Source of the DNA: Candidatus Bathyarchaeota archaeon
Lineage (GTDB): Archaea; Thermoproteota; Bathyarchaeia; TCS64
Length of the DNA: 64,000 nucleotides
Direction: 5' to 3'
Assembly (NCBI GenBank): GCA_026014875.1
Contig: JAOZHO010000050.1
Span: 36,090 to 100,089 of the forward strand
In this document: piece after piece, positions 10,317 through 19,899 of the stretch
How positions within the stretch are numbered: position 1 is the stretch's first letter
Layout of the letters: the number at the start of each line of letters is the position of its first letter
Program-made: the position numbers and the translations under genes
The notes under the pieces: model-generated
The model's input: the letters and a program-made list of their open reading frames with translations, nothing else
What the model was told of the DNA's origin: nothing
The model's database searches: none

Positions 10317-10631
10317 GACGTTGACACCTGGATTATCCTTCGCTTTGCTCCCCGATTGCCTCGATTAACGGCGTTCCCGTTGAGGATTTTATCAACCCTT
10401 CAAGGCGGGAATAAATAGATTCTTCACCGGCGATACGGTCTCCCGGTAGTGAAAACTGAACAGTATCAGTGTAACCCGTCCTTTGATTGTCGGCAATTCA
10501 ATCAATAAACTGGGGAGGGTTTCTGGGGGCGCAACCTTTTATCGTTCTCAGCTTGGTGTGGGGGATTTCTACACACAAAGTCTTACCTGATACTTGGTTT
10601 CGGGGTATCTGTCCGTGGAGAAGGGCGTTTC

Positions 10632-11261
10632 ATGTCGCAGGATGATTCCCAGGGCTCACAAGAGGAGGAAGACACTCAAATGGTCGATGTGAGCGGCTCC
10701 GATGAAGGCGAAGGCCTCGAGCCTATAACGGATGCTCAGCCCGAGCCTGAAGATGGGGTGGATGAGGCTCCGCATGAGATGCCCGGGCCTGCTGTCCAGC
10801 CATCGGTTCCCAGGGTGGCCGTGCCCGCGTCTCCCGATGCGGTGGTCGAGACCCTGAGGCGGCTCAGGGAGGATGTTGGGCAGATCAGCGAGCTCAGCTC
10901 GGAGGAGGGGAGCATCGTGGCGGCGTTCTCCCTAGCGTTCCTGAAGCTCATGGAGCCCCTCACCAAGGCTCTGCCCGTGGATGCCCGGGTCCTCCCCCCC
11001 GAGCTCGGGGCCGTCGAGAAAGCCAACGTTCTGCCCAAGGGGGACTTGGTCGTCCTTCATCGGGACGGGAGGATGGAATCAGTGGACCTCACAGACGCCG
11101 AGAACCGTGATCTGCTGGTCACGGTGGTGAGCGACGCGATGCCCCGGTTCAATGCGCTGGTCGCTCAGAGGAGGAGCAAGATCGAGAACAGGATTAATTT
11201 CCTCTCGAGCGTCACCAAGGAGCTCCAGTCCATCGCCGACTCCCTGGCAGATGTGGGCTAG
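10632..11261 (+). CDS. Hypothetical protein (acidic disordered N-terminus, helical C-terminus)
   Basis: 209-aa ORF with host-like codon usage. Confidence 0.7.
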   Translation: MSQDDSQGSQEEEDTQMVDVSGSDEGEGLEPITDAQPEPEDGVDEAPHEMPGPAVQPSVPRVAVPASPDAVVETLRRLREDVGQISELSSEEGSIVAAFSLAFLKLMEPLTKALPVDARVLPPELGAVEKANVLPKGDLVVLHRDGRMESVDLTDAENRDLLVTVVSDAMPRFNALVAQRRSKIENRINFLSSVTKELQSIADSLADVG

Positions 11262-11416
11262 GTACCCCGCTTTGGCTCCGGGGTTTGATCCGCTGGGTCC
11301 GTTGAATGTGGTAGAGGCTACACACATATTTACAAAACCCTCCCCGGCTCTTTGACTTTCGAAGATCTGACCATGTTCGGGTGAGTTGCGAGTCTAGGCG
11401 TTAGTGGGGACATTAA

Positions 11417-11869
11417 TTGGAGTCTATTGTTGGTGTGGCGCCCATCAGGGTGAAGCTGGGCAAGGTGGAGGGCACGAGGATCGACACCGGGGCCACGCCG
11501 GACTCTGTCGCCTTCGACGTGGATGTTAACTTGGACGAGGAGAACAGGACCAACAGGGAGCTCACCCTCACATTCAACCTCACCATACGCACGAAGCCCA
11601 CCCTCGTGAAGTTCGAGGTTGGGGGAACCGCGGTGATCTCAGGGGGGCGGGAGGCCTTCGACGCCGCCCTCGAGATGGACGAGGAGTCGAGCGTCCCCAA
11701 GGTCCTCCACTTCGTCTACCAGCGAGTGTTCACGTCGCTCTACCTACTCGCAGCCCAGCTCGAGGTCCCCTATCCCCCGCCGGATCTCCTCCACGCCCCC
11801 TCTGAGACCCGAGACATTGGCATCGAGAGCCCCCCTGAGGAACAGGTGGCGCCTCAGCAGAGTACCTAA
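11417..11869 (+). CDS. Hypothetical protein, possible SecB-like fold
   Basis: Alternating beta-strand pattern, then a helix and a PYPPP motif reminiscent of SecB-type proteins. Confidence 0.55.
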   Translation: MESIVGVAPIRVKLGKVEGTRIDTGATPDSVAFDVDVNLDEENRTNRELTLTFNLTIRTKPTLVKFEVGGTAVISGGREAFDAALEMDEESSVPKVLHFVYQRVFTSLYLLAAQLEVPYPPPDLLHAPSETRDIGIESPPEEQVAPQQST

Positions 11870-11886
11870 GCTAAAAAACGGGGAGG

Positions 11887-13224
11887 TCAGGCCTTCTTGA
11901 GGGCCTTCTCCAGGATGTCGAGGCCCTTCTCGAGGAGATCGTCCTCGATGGTGAGGGGCGGGTGGAGCCGTATGCAGTTGTTGTAGAGTCCCGCCTTCAG
12001 GGTCAGCAGCCCCGAGGCGAGGGCGGCCTTCATCACCTTGGATGATGCCTCCGGGTTAGGCTTCCTTGAGCCCCGGTCCTTCACCATCTCCATGGCGAGC
12101 ATGGGGCCCTTGCCCCTGACCTCGCCGATGACCTCGAAACTGTCGTAGAACTCGTCGAGCCTCTTCCTGAGCTTCACACCGAGGGCTGCGGCCTTATCCA
12201 CGATCTTTTCCCTCTCGATCATCTCTAGGACCTTGAGGGCGGTGGCGCAGGCGATGGGGTTGCCCCCGTAGGTGCCCCCGAGGCTCCCCGGGTAGATATC
12301 CTTCATGAGCTCATCCCGGGCGACCACGGCGCTCAGGGGCAGGCCGCTGGCGATGGCCTTCGCGATGGTCATGACATCGGGCTCGACGCCCCAGTGCTCG
12401 ACGGCCCACATTTTGCCGGTGCGGGCGTAGCCGGTCTGGATCTCGTCGACGATGAGTTGGATGCCGTGCTCCTCGCAGAGCCCTTTGAGGTCGGGTAGGA
12501 AGCTGTCAGGGGGGACGATGAAGCCTCCCTCGCCCTGGATGGGCTCCGTGATGATGGCGCCCACGGTGGAGGGGTCCACCTGGGTTTTGAAGACGTTCTT
12601 CTCTATGTGGTGGATGGCTGCTTTGCCGCACTCTTCGGGGTCGTCGGTGCCCCAGGGGCATCGGTACGAGTAGGGGAACGGCGTGAAGTAGACGCCGGGG
12701 ACGAAGGGGCCGAGCCCCACCTTGTAGGGGTCCCACTTCCCGGTGAGGGTCAGCGCCATGTAGGTTCGGCCGTGGAAGCTGTTCTCGAAGCTGAGGATGT
12801 TGGGGCGCCCCGTGCTCTGGCGGACCACCTTGATCGCGTTCTCCACCGCTTCGGAGCCGCTGTTGAGAAGGATCGCCCTCTTCTTGAAATCGCCGGGGGT
12901 GACCTCGATGAGCTTCTGGGCGAGGTCGAGGTAGGGCTCGTAGTTGACGACGTGGATGCATGTGTGGATGATCTTGGAGGCCTGCTCGCTGATGGTCTCC
13001 ACGATCTCGTCGGCGCAGTGGCCCAGGCTGGTGACGCCGATCCCCGATGTGAAGTCGATGTACGAGTTGCCGTCCACGTCCTTCATCACCGCCCCCTTGG
13101 ACTCTGCGATGGTCACCGGCTGGACCAGATAGACCCCGGGGGGGATGAGGTCGTTACGCTTCTCCACCAGGGCCTTCGACTTGGGGCCCGGGGGAGGGGT
13201 GACTATGTTAGGGATTTTACCCAT
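11887..13224 (-). CDS. gabT: Class III PLP aminotransferase, 4-aminobutyrate aminotransferase-like
   Basis: NSGSEAVENAIK, FHGRT, EPIQGEGG, DEIQTGYARTG, AKAIASGLPL, GGTYGGNP. Confidence 0.85.
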   Translation of the reverse strand: MGKIPNIVTPPPGPKSKALVEKRNDLIPPGVYLVQPVTIAESKGAVMKDVDGNSYIDFTSGIGVTSLGHCADEIVETISEQASKIIHTCIHVVNYEPYLDLAQKLIEVTPGDFKKRAILLNSGSEAVENAIKVVRQSTGRPNILSFENSFHGRTYMALTLTGKWDPYKVGLGPFVPGVYFTPFPYSYRCPWGTDDPEECGKAAIHHIEKNVFKTQVDPSTVGAIITEPIQGEGGFIVPPDSFLPDLKGLCEEHGIQLIVDEIQTGYARTGKMWAVEHWGVEPDVMTIAKAIASGLPLSAVVARDELMKDIYPGSLGGTYGGNPIACATALKVLEMIEREKIVDKAAALGVKLRKRLDEFYDSFEVIGEVRGKGPMLAMEMVKDRGSRKPNPEASSKVMKAALASGLLTLKAGLYNNCIRLHPPLTIEDDLLEKGLDILEKALKKA

Positions 13225-13289
13225 GCTTATCGCCTAAACTTCTCCCCAAGCATAATAATGCTTTACTGTTGAGCACGGGTAGGGGGAAA

Positions 13290-13929
13290 CTAGTCCTCGG
13301 GTTCTCCTTTGTGTTCCCTGACGAAGAGGAGGATCAATGGTATAGCTAGGGCCTCAAGCCCGGCACCCACGGCTAACAGCATATTGGGGTCTCTGTCGTA
13401 CATGACCCCGCCCATGTACGATCCGGAGAGGCCTATGATACCGACACCGTCCCCATCAGCCCCATCACTTTCCCCCTGTCCCTCTGGGGGACGATGTCAG
13501 CATCCTGTAGGCTCCGAAGGCCGCCCCCCTATTCTCTTGGGGGAGGGACTCGGCGATGATCGCGTTGAAGGCGGGGACGTAGATGGAGGCGATAGAATTG
13601 AGCATCATCCCCGGGACCACCCAGTGCCACGACTTGGCGGTGAGGAGGAACAGCGGGGCGATGATCCTCATCCCCGTCCCGAATACTATCACCTTCTTAC
13701 GCCCGATCCTGTCCGCGATGATGCCCCCGGGGAGCTGGAAGAGGATACTGCTGGTGTTCTGGATTGTGGCGAGAAATCCCACTATGGTTATCGGCGTCTT
13801 GAGCTCCTCGATGAGGTAGAGGGTCCACCACAGCTCCCAGAGGCTGTTGAAGATGTGGTAGAGCATATTCGTCGATGAGATGGTGAGGACGTTCCTGTTC
13901 GAGAAGACCTGTCTGAGGATCGAGGCCAC
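13290..13929 (-). pseudogene. MFS transporter pseudogene (internal deletion plus frameshifts)
   Basis: TM1-5 with the GIIADRIGRKK motif, then out of frame DIVPQRDRGKVMG and GIIG...MYDRDP...LILLFVRE* (last helices); the middle helices are absent. Confidence 0.8.
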
Positions 13930-14013
13930 TTAGTATCTACCTTGAGAGTTAGTCTTTTCCACCACTTACCTAGATTCTCCCTAAATGCCTTTCGATTGAA
14001 AAAAGGGAGGTGG

Positions 14014-14952
14014 TCAGGCCACCACCAGGGAGAGGACAGCCTTCTCGGTGTGCATCCTGTTCTCCCCCTCGTCGAAGACGACGCTCTGAGGCCCCTCGAT
14101 GACGCTGTCCGTCATCTCCTCGCCCCTGTAGCCGGGGAGGCAGTGCATGAAGATCGCGTCGGGCTTCGCCCAGCCCAGGGTCTCGTCGTTGATCTGGTAC
14201 TTGGCGAAGGCCTTCTTCCGCTCCTCGATGTCCTTGTGCCCCATGCTGTGGAACGTGTTCGCATATACCACGTCCGCCCCCGTCAGGGCCTCCTTGAGGT
14301 CGTCGGTGACCACCATCTCGGTGCCCCTCTTCTTCGCGTTATCCTCGGCAAAATCGACGATCAACTTGGCGGGAGCCCAGCCCTTGGGCACGGCGACGTT
14401 GCAGTCCATCCCCATGAGGCTGCTCACCACCATCAGTGTCTGGCAGACGTTGTAGGGATCCCCCACGTAGGTTAGCTTGTTCCCCTTGATCTTGCCCTTG
14501 TGCTCCCGGATTGTGAGGAGGTCGGCGAGCCCCTGGCAGGGGTGGGTGAGGTTGGTGAGGGCGTTCACGACGGGGTTGATCATGTACTCGGCGTACTCCT
14601 CAGCGACCTCCTGGCCGTAGGTCCTCAGGACCAGGGCGTCGCAGTACCTGTCCAGTATCCGCGCGGTGTCCTTGATGGGCTCACCCCGGGCCAGCTGCAT
14701 CGTCTCGGGGGTGGAGTAGAAGCTCTGCATCCCCAGGTGGGCGATCCCGGCCTGGAAGCTGAACCGTGTGCGGGTGCTGTGCTTTTCGAAGACCATCGCG
14801 ATGGTGCGGCCCTGGAGGTAGGCGTGGGGCTCCTTCATCATTCTCATCCGCTTGAACTCCTGGGAGACGTCGAGCATGTAGCTGATCTCGACGGGGGTGT
14901 AGTCCATGAGGGTGAGGAAGTCCTTCCCCCTGAATCGGTCCTTCATACTCAT
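14014..14952 (-). CDS. argF: Ornithine carbamoyltransferase
   Basis: STRTRFSF, HPCQ, SMG loop, MHCLP. Confidence 0.85.
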   Translation of the reverse strand: MSMKDRFRGKDFLTLMDYTPVEISYMLDVSQEFKRMRMMKEPHAYLQGRTIAMVFEKHSTRTRFSFQAGIAHLGMQSFYSTPETMQLARGEPIKDTARILDRYCDALVLRTYGQEVAEEYAEYMINPVVNALTNLTHPCQGLADLLTIREHKGKIKGNKLTYVGDPYNVCQTLMVVSSLMGMDCNVAVPKGWAPAKLIVDFAEDNAKKRGTEMVVTDDLKEALTGADVVYANTFHSMGHKDIEERKKAFAKYQINDETLGWAKPDAIFMHCLPGYRGEEMTDSVIEGPQSVVFDEGENRMHTEKAVLSLVVA

Positions 14953-15222
14953 TATGAAATCGGTTGATATTGGGGTGAAAAGCGTCTTAACGTTTACGCA
15001 TAGACCCCGTCAGATAGTGGCGAGCTCCCTGTGGTAGTTGCCGAAGGGGACTCCCCCCCCCTCCTCCGTGACCATCACGAAATCGCGCGCACATCCCAAG
15101 AGTGTTCAGGGGGTTGGAGTTCAGGGATAGTGATCGCCCCTGTTTCTGGAGGGAGGGTGGCTACCACAACGAGGCCGGCCTCTGGAAGGAGCAGAGGTAC
15201 AGCAAGCTATTCTGGCACACAT

Positions 15223-16323
15223 CTAAGCGCCTAGGAAGGCGAGGACCCGGGGAGCATAGGTGAGGATCGCGCTCCCCGCGACGACCGATGCGATCTGCCC
15301 CCCCATGTTCGTCGCGAGGGCGTGGGGCAGCAGCCAGTTCTCCGGGTCCTCCTGGCGACCGATGATGTGGGCGGTTCTCGCGGCCATCGGGAAAGCCGAG
15401 ACTCCGCAGGCCCCGATGAGGGGATTGATCTTACCTCCCGTGGCTGCGCTGGCGATCTTGGCGAAGACGAGACCCGACGCTATCGCGATGATGAAGGCCA
15501 CGAGGCCGAGGCCGAAGATGTATAGGGTCGAGACGTTGAGGAAAGCCTCGGCGGTCATGGTTCCCCCGATGGTGAGCCCGAGGAGGAGGGTGACCAGATT
15601 GGAGAGCTCGTTCTCCGCCGCGTCGGTGAGCCTCTTCACGACGCCGCTCTCCCTCATGAAATTCCCCAGCATCAACGTGCCTATGAGCAGGGTGCCCTGG
15701 GGGGCGATGAGGGCCACCACGAGGAAAACCGCAACTGGGAAGACCATCCTGACGGCCCAGGGGAGCTCCCCGGGCGCGTACTCCATGGCGATCCTCCTCT
15801 CCTTCTCCGAGGTGAGGAGCCTGGAGAGGGGAATCTGGAGGAGGGGCACCAGGGCCATATACGAGTAAGCGCAGACCGTGATGGGCCCCAGGAGGTGGGG
15901 GGCGAACCTCTGGGCCACGAAGATCGCGGTGGGGCCGTCCATGGCCCCGATGACCCCGACGCTGCTCGCCTCCAGGGGAGTAAACCCCAGGGAGAGGGCG
16001 AGGTTGAGAGCCGCGAAGATACCCAGCTGACCGGCGGCCGCGAAGACGAGGAGCATGGGCCTCCTGATGAGGCTGGAAAAGTCGCTCATGGCCCCGATCC
16101 CGATGAAAAGGAGGGCGGGGAGGAGCTCGTTCTCGATCCCGTAGACCCGCAGCGTGTGGAGCATCCCCCCGGGGTCCCCAAGGTTGGCGTACGGAACGTT
16201 CGCGAGGATGGCCCCGAACCCGATGGGCAGGAGCAGGAGGGGCTCATACTTCTTCGCCACGGCGAGGTATAGGAGTGCGAGCCCGACCCCCATCATCAAG
16301 GCGTTCCCGAGGATCTCCCACAT
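15223..16323 (-). CDS. oadB: Na+-translocating biotin decarboxylase beta subunit (OadB/MmdB/GcdB family)
   Basis: YEPLLLLPIGFG, GAMDGPTAIF, AYSYMALVP, GVSAFPMAAR. Confidence 0.92.
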   Translation of the reverse strand: MWEILGNALMMGVGLALLYLAVAKKYEPLLLLPIGFGAILANVPYANLGDPGGMLHTLRVYGIENELLPALLFIGIGAMSDFSSLIRRPMLLVFAAAGQLGIFAALNLALSLGFTPLEASSVGVIGAMDGPTAIFVAQRFAPHLLGPITVCAYSYMALVPLLQIPLSRLLTSEKERRIAMEYAPGELPWAVRMVFPVAVFLVVALIAPQGTLLIGTLMLGNFMRESGVVKRLTDAAENELSNLVTLLLGLTIGGTMTAEAFLNVSTLYIFGLGLVAFIIAIASGLVFAKIASAATGGKINPLIGACGVSAFPMAARTAHIIGRQEDPENWLLPHALATNMGGQIASVVAGSAILTYAPRVLAFLGA

Positions 16324-16338
16324 GCCCCATCCGACCCG

Positions 16339-16707
16339 CTACGAGACCTTCACCAATGGGGCTCCCCGCCCCACCTGCTCCCCGACCCCGACGTAGACCT
16401 CCTCCACGACGCCACCGGAGGGGGCGTGTATCTCGTTCTCCATCTTCATCGCCTCCAGGGCCAGGAGCACATCCCCGGCATCCACCGAGTCGCCCCTGCT
16501 GACCCGCAGATCGGAGACGACGCCCGGGAGGGGAGCGGATATCACGCCACCCTCCACGGGAGCCCGGGGGCTCACGGATCTCTCCCGCACCGTCACCCGA
16601 GCCTTTGGAGGGCTGACAGGACTAGGGGCCTCCCCTCTCCCGGTTACCTCCTCCACCTCGACGGCGTAGGTCTTACCGTCCACGGTCACATTGAACTTCC
16701 GCTTCAT
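16339..16707 (-). CDS. Biotin carboxyl carrier subunit (MmdC/GcdC-like)
   Basis: EAMKM biotinylation motif; N-terminal KFNVTVDGKTYAVEVEE and a Pro/Ala linker. Confidence 0.92.
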   Translation of the reverse strand: MKRKFNVTVDGKTYAVEVEEVTGRGEAPSPVSPPKARVTVRERSVSPRAPVEGGVISAPLPGVVSDLRVSRGDSVDAGDVLLALEAMKMENEIHAPSGGVVEEVYVGVGEQVGRGAPLVKVS

Positions 16708-16988
16708 CTCTCATCTCCCCTCTCCATGTCCTCCATTCTGGCGGCCGCCTCCCATCTGCTACTGCCCTCCCTCATGGTTCCGCGTCCATATTCGGGATGC
16801 TCACCCATCGAGGCGATGACTGCTGCAACCGCCGCAACCTTCCTCTCGTCCCCGTCCTCCGCGACGGGCTCCCCTTCCTCCTTGAAGAATCCGGTGAGGA
16901 CCTTGCTCAGTATCGCCACTGCGAGGAGGGCGGCGAAGACGAGGCCCACACCGATCGCGGTAACGTAGAGGCCGAACTCCATGGACAT
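16704..16988 (-). CDS. Decarboxylase membrane anchor subunit (OadG/MmdD-like)
   Basis: Single N-terminal TM helix and KVAAVAAVIA; coupled to the biotin carrier gene. Confidence 0.8.
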   Translation of the reverse strand: MSMEFGLYVTAIGVGLVFAALLAVAILSKVLTGFFKEEGEPVAEDGDERKVAAVAAVIASMGEHPEYGRGTMREGSSRWEAAARMEDMERGDER

Positions 16989-17356
16989 CCTGAGCAGCCG
17001 ATCCTTTAACGGCCAAGTCGATATAAGACTGTTCGGCTCACAGGGTTCTCCGATCCGTTTTTAGTCTCCATAATCGGGTTATATCCGAAAGGGCATAGTT
17101 GTTTCCAATAAACCCCGTGTTGAAATCTGGTTTTCATGCGGGAGAGTACTTTCTTCTGATCAATATCTGGGCCTCATAATTCCTTTATATAAAATTGGCT
17201 CCATGACTACCCAATTGATCTCGTGATCGATATGCCTTTTTTCCTCATTCCCGTTCTCCGATCGTACGCTTTTGGTCGAGGAAAGCCCCGAGCAAGGCAT
17301 CTATCTGGGCTTGAAAACCCTTTTTTCGCAGCCACACGTCTTCTCTCCTGAACGCT

Positions 17357-18067
17357 ATGCCATGGGAGATCCTGCGCGTGGGCCGTGTAACCTCGACACA
17401 GGACGCCGCCCGCGCCCATGCGGAATCTGGCGCCGGAGTTAGAACGGTGATCGTCGCGGAAACCCAGTCTGAGGGCCGGGGTCGCCAGGGCAGGGGCTGG
17501 GATTCACCCCCCGGGGGGCTCTACATGACGGCGCTGCTGGAGGCAGGCCCTCACGCCAACCTGATGCCCCTGGTGGCGGGCGTGGCGGTCGCAGAGACCA
17601 TGCGTGATGGCTTCGGCGTCGAGGCGATTCTCAAGTGGCCCAACGACGTCCTCATCGGAGGCAGGAAGGTGGGCGGTGTCCTGGTGGACGCCGATTGGTC
17701 GGGGGATGAGCGAGGGGTCATCCTACTGGGAGTCGGCGTAAACCTGAACAACGACATCCCCGCGTCCCTCGACGAGGCGACCTCCCTCTCGGAGGAAGCG
17801 GGTGAGGAGATCGACGTCGACGCCTTCCTCGAGAGCCTCCTTGAACGCCTCGCCGGCATCCTGACCACGTTGGAGGCTGATCCGGGGGAGGCGTTAGCCC
17901 GATGGGAGGGGCTCTCGGAGACCCTGGGGAGGAGGATCGTGATCAAGGATTCATCCGGCAACATCCTCGAGGGTGTAGCCGAATCCATCGACGGCGACGG
18001 GGCCCTCGTACTGGACTGCGAAGGCCGCTCGGTTCGGGTTCTCTCCGGCACCGTGTTGGGGCGCTAG
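17357..18067 (+). CDS. birA: Biotin-protein ligase (no HTH domain)
   Basis: STQD, QSEGRGRQGRGW, KWPNDV, KVGGVL, GVGVN. Confidence 0.92.
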   Translation: MPWEILRVGRVTSTQDAARAHAESGAGVRTVIVAETQSEGRGRQGRGWDSPPGGLYMTALLEAGPHANLMPLVAGVAVAETMRDGFGVEAILKWPNDVLIGGRKVGGVLVDADWSGDERGVILLGVGVNLNNDIPASLDEATSLSEEAGEEIDVDAFLESLLERLAGILTTLEADPGEALARWEGLSETLGRRIVIKDSSGNILEGVAESIDGDGALVLDCEGRSVRVLSGTVLGR

Positions 18068-18106
18068 TGTTAAGTCCAAGATGGACCCGGCTTCTCTCTG
18101 ATCGTT

Positions 18107-19444
18107 ATGTCCTCACCCGGCGCCACAGACTCGTCGTATCTCTTCTCCCGGGCCACGGGGAAGCTCCTCACCATCACCCGGGGCGAGGGGGTCTACATGT
18201 GGGACGACGAGGGGAACAGGTACATCGACGGGAGCGCTGGCCCCGTCTGCGTCAACATCGGCCACGGGGTCAAGGAGATCGCCGACGCGGTGGCCCGCCA
18301 GATGGCGGAGATCAGCTACGCCCACAGCTCCCACTTCACCACGGGCACGGTCCTCGAGTTCGCCGAGAGACTCGCCAAGTTCGCCCCCCCGAGCCTCAAC
18401 AGGGTCTACGTCTGCTCCGGGGGCTCCGAGGCCACGGAGGCCGCGGCGAAGCTGGCGAGGCAGTACCACCTGGAGAGGGGGGAGCCCCGCCGGTACAAGG
18501 TGATCGCCCGGTGGCAGAGCTATCATGGGAACACCCTGGGGGCCCTCTCGATGTCGGGGAACATCGCTAGGCGTAGGAGGTACATCCCGCTTCTCCTCGA
18601 CTTTCCCCACATCCCGCCGGCCTACTGCTACAGGTGCCCCTACGGGAAGACCCGGGACGCCTGCGACCTGGAGTGCGCCAGGGCCCTGGACTGGGAGATC
18701 AAGGCGAACGGCAAGTCCGAGGTCTCCGCATTCATCGCGGAGCCCTTCGTGGGGGCCACACTGGGCTCCCTCCCCGCCCCCGATGGGTACTTCCAGCTTA
18801 TACGGGAGACCTGCGACGACCACGGGATCCTTTTCATCGCAGACGAGGTGATGACCGGGGTCGGGAGGACGGGGAAGAACTGGGGCATCGACCACTGGGG
18901 AGTCGAGCCCGACATCATCACCGCCGCCAAGGGGCTCTCCGGGGGATACATGCCCCTCGGGGCGTGCATAGTGAGCGACGGGGTCGCCGAGGCCTTCAAG
19001 GGACCCTTCGCCCATGGCCACACCTACGGGAGCCACCCCGTCTCCTGCGCGGTGGGAGCCGCCGTCCTGGAGTACACCGTGAAGCACAAGCTGGTGGAGA
19101 GATCCGCAAAGCTGGGTGAGCACCTCCACAAGAGGCTCGGGGTTCTCCACGACCACCCCTCGGTGGGGGACATCAGGGGCAAGGGCATCTTCGCGGGGAT
19201 CGAGTTCGTCAAGGACAAGGCCACCAAGGAGCCCTTCCCGGCGGACGTCGCCTTCTACGGTAGGGTCGTGGAGCGCTGCTTCGAGAAGAGACTCCTGGTC
19301 TACCCCGGGGTCGCCACCGTGGACGGCTACGTCGGGGACCACATACAGGTGGCGCCGCCCCTCGTGGTTACCCGGGAGCAGATAGACGAGATAGTCTCCC
19401 TCCTCGACGAGGCCATCGGCGAGGCCGAAGGGGAGGTCCTCTAG
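18107..19444 (+). CDS. Class III PLP aminotransferase (omega-amine/BioA-like, substrate unknown)
   Basis: SGGSEATE, SYHGNT, DEVMTGVGRTG, AKGLSGGY, HGHTYGSHP. Confidence 0.88.
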   Translation: MSSPGATDSSYLFSRATGKLLTITRGEGVYMWDDEGNRYIDGSAGPVCVNIGHGVKEIADAVARQMAEISYAHSSHFTTGTVLEFAERLAKFAPPSLNRVYVCSGGSEATEAAAKLARQYHLERGEPRRYKVIARWQSYHGNTLGALSMSGNIARRRRYIPLLLDFPHIPPAYCYRCPYGKTRDACDLECARALDWEIKANGKSEVSAFIAEPFVGATLGSLPAPDGYFQLIRETCDDHGILFIADEVMTGVGRTGKNWGIDHWGVEPDIITAAKGLSGGYMPLGACIVSDGVAEAFKGPFAHGHTYGSHPVSCAVGAAVLEYTVKHKLVERSAKLGEHLHKRLGVLHDHPSVGDIRGKGIFAGIEFVKDKATKEPFPADVAFYGRVVERCFEKRLLVYPGVATVDGYVGDHIQVAPPLVVTREQIDEIVSLLDEAIGEAEGEVL

Positions 19445-19506
19445 CTCTGTCCCGCCCGAGAAGGGAGCCCCCTGTCAAGATTTCATACAAGCCCCTCGAG
19501 GAGCTC

Positions 19507-19824
19507 GTGATCTTGGAGATTGTGGAGTACGAACTCGGGAAGCTAGCGCAGACATGCGCGCTCCTACTCGACTCGGGGAGGCCCATTATTCTGAGCTGGG
19601 CCGAGGGCATCGCGTTCCATCACCAGCCCCTCCCCATAAACACCAAGGAACTCCTTAGAGAACGGATGAAGGGGAGGATCTACTGGGCAAGCGTCATCTA
19701 CGCAGCGATGCCTGACTACCGGACGAGCCTCAAGGTGGGCCCCCGGGACATCCCGGTGCTGATGAACCCCAATCCGGTCCTCGGGAACGTCGCGGCATGG
19801 CTCAAGACCCGGCTCACGGCATGA
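19507..19824 (+). CDS. Hypothetical protein
   Basis: 105-aa ORF, host-like codon usage, co-directional with neighbours. Confidence 0.65.
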   Translation: MILEIVEYELGKLAQTCALLLDSGRPIILSWAEGIAFHHQPLPINTKELLRERMKGRIYWASVIYAAMPDYRTSLKVGPRDIPVLMNPNPVLGNVAAWLKTRLTA

Positions 19825-19899
19825 TACCCTCTCCTGGGGTCATACCATCCTTTTAAAATCCCGAGTTAATCAGTAATGGATTCGATTCAGAGGTAACTG

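Noticed and set aside
14014-14952. Putrescine carbamoyltransferase assignment suggested by the polyamine-type neighbours
   Set aside because: The SMG loop of ornithine carbamoyltransferases is present and no agmatine deiminase is adjacent; specificity not proven either way
17275-17315. GAGGAAAGCC resembling RNase P CR-I
   Set aside because: Isolated match in a short AT-rich intergenic region with no other RNase P elements
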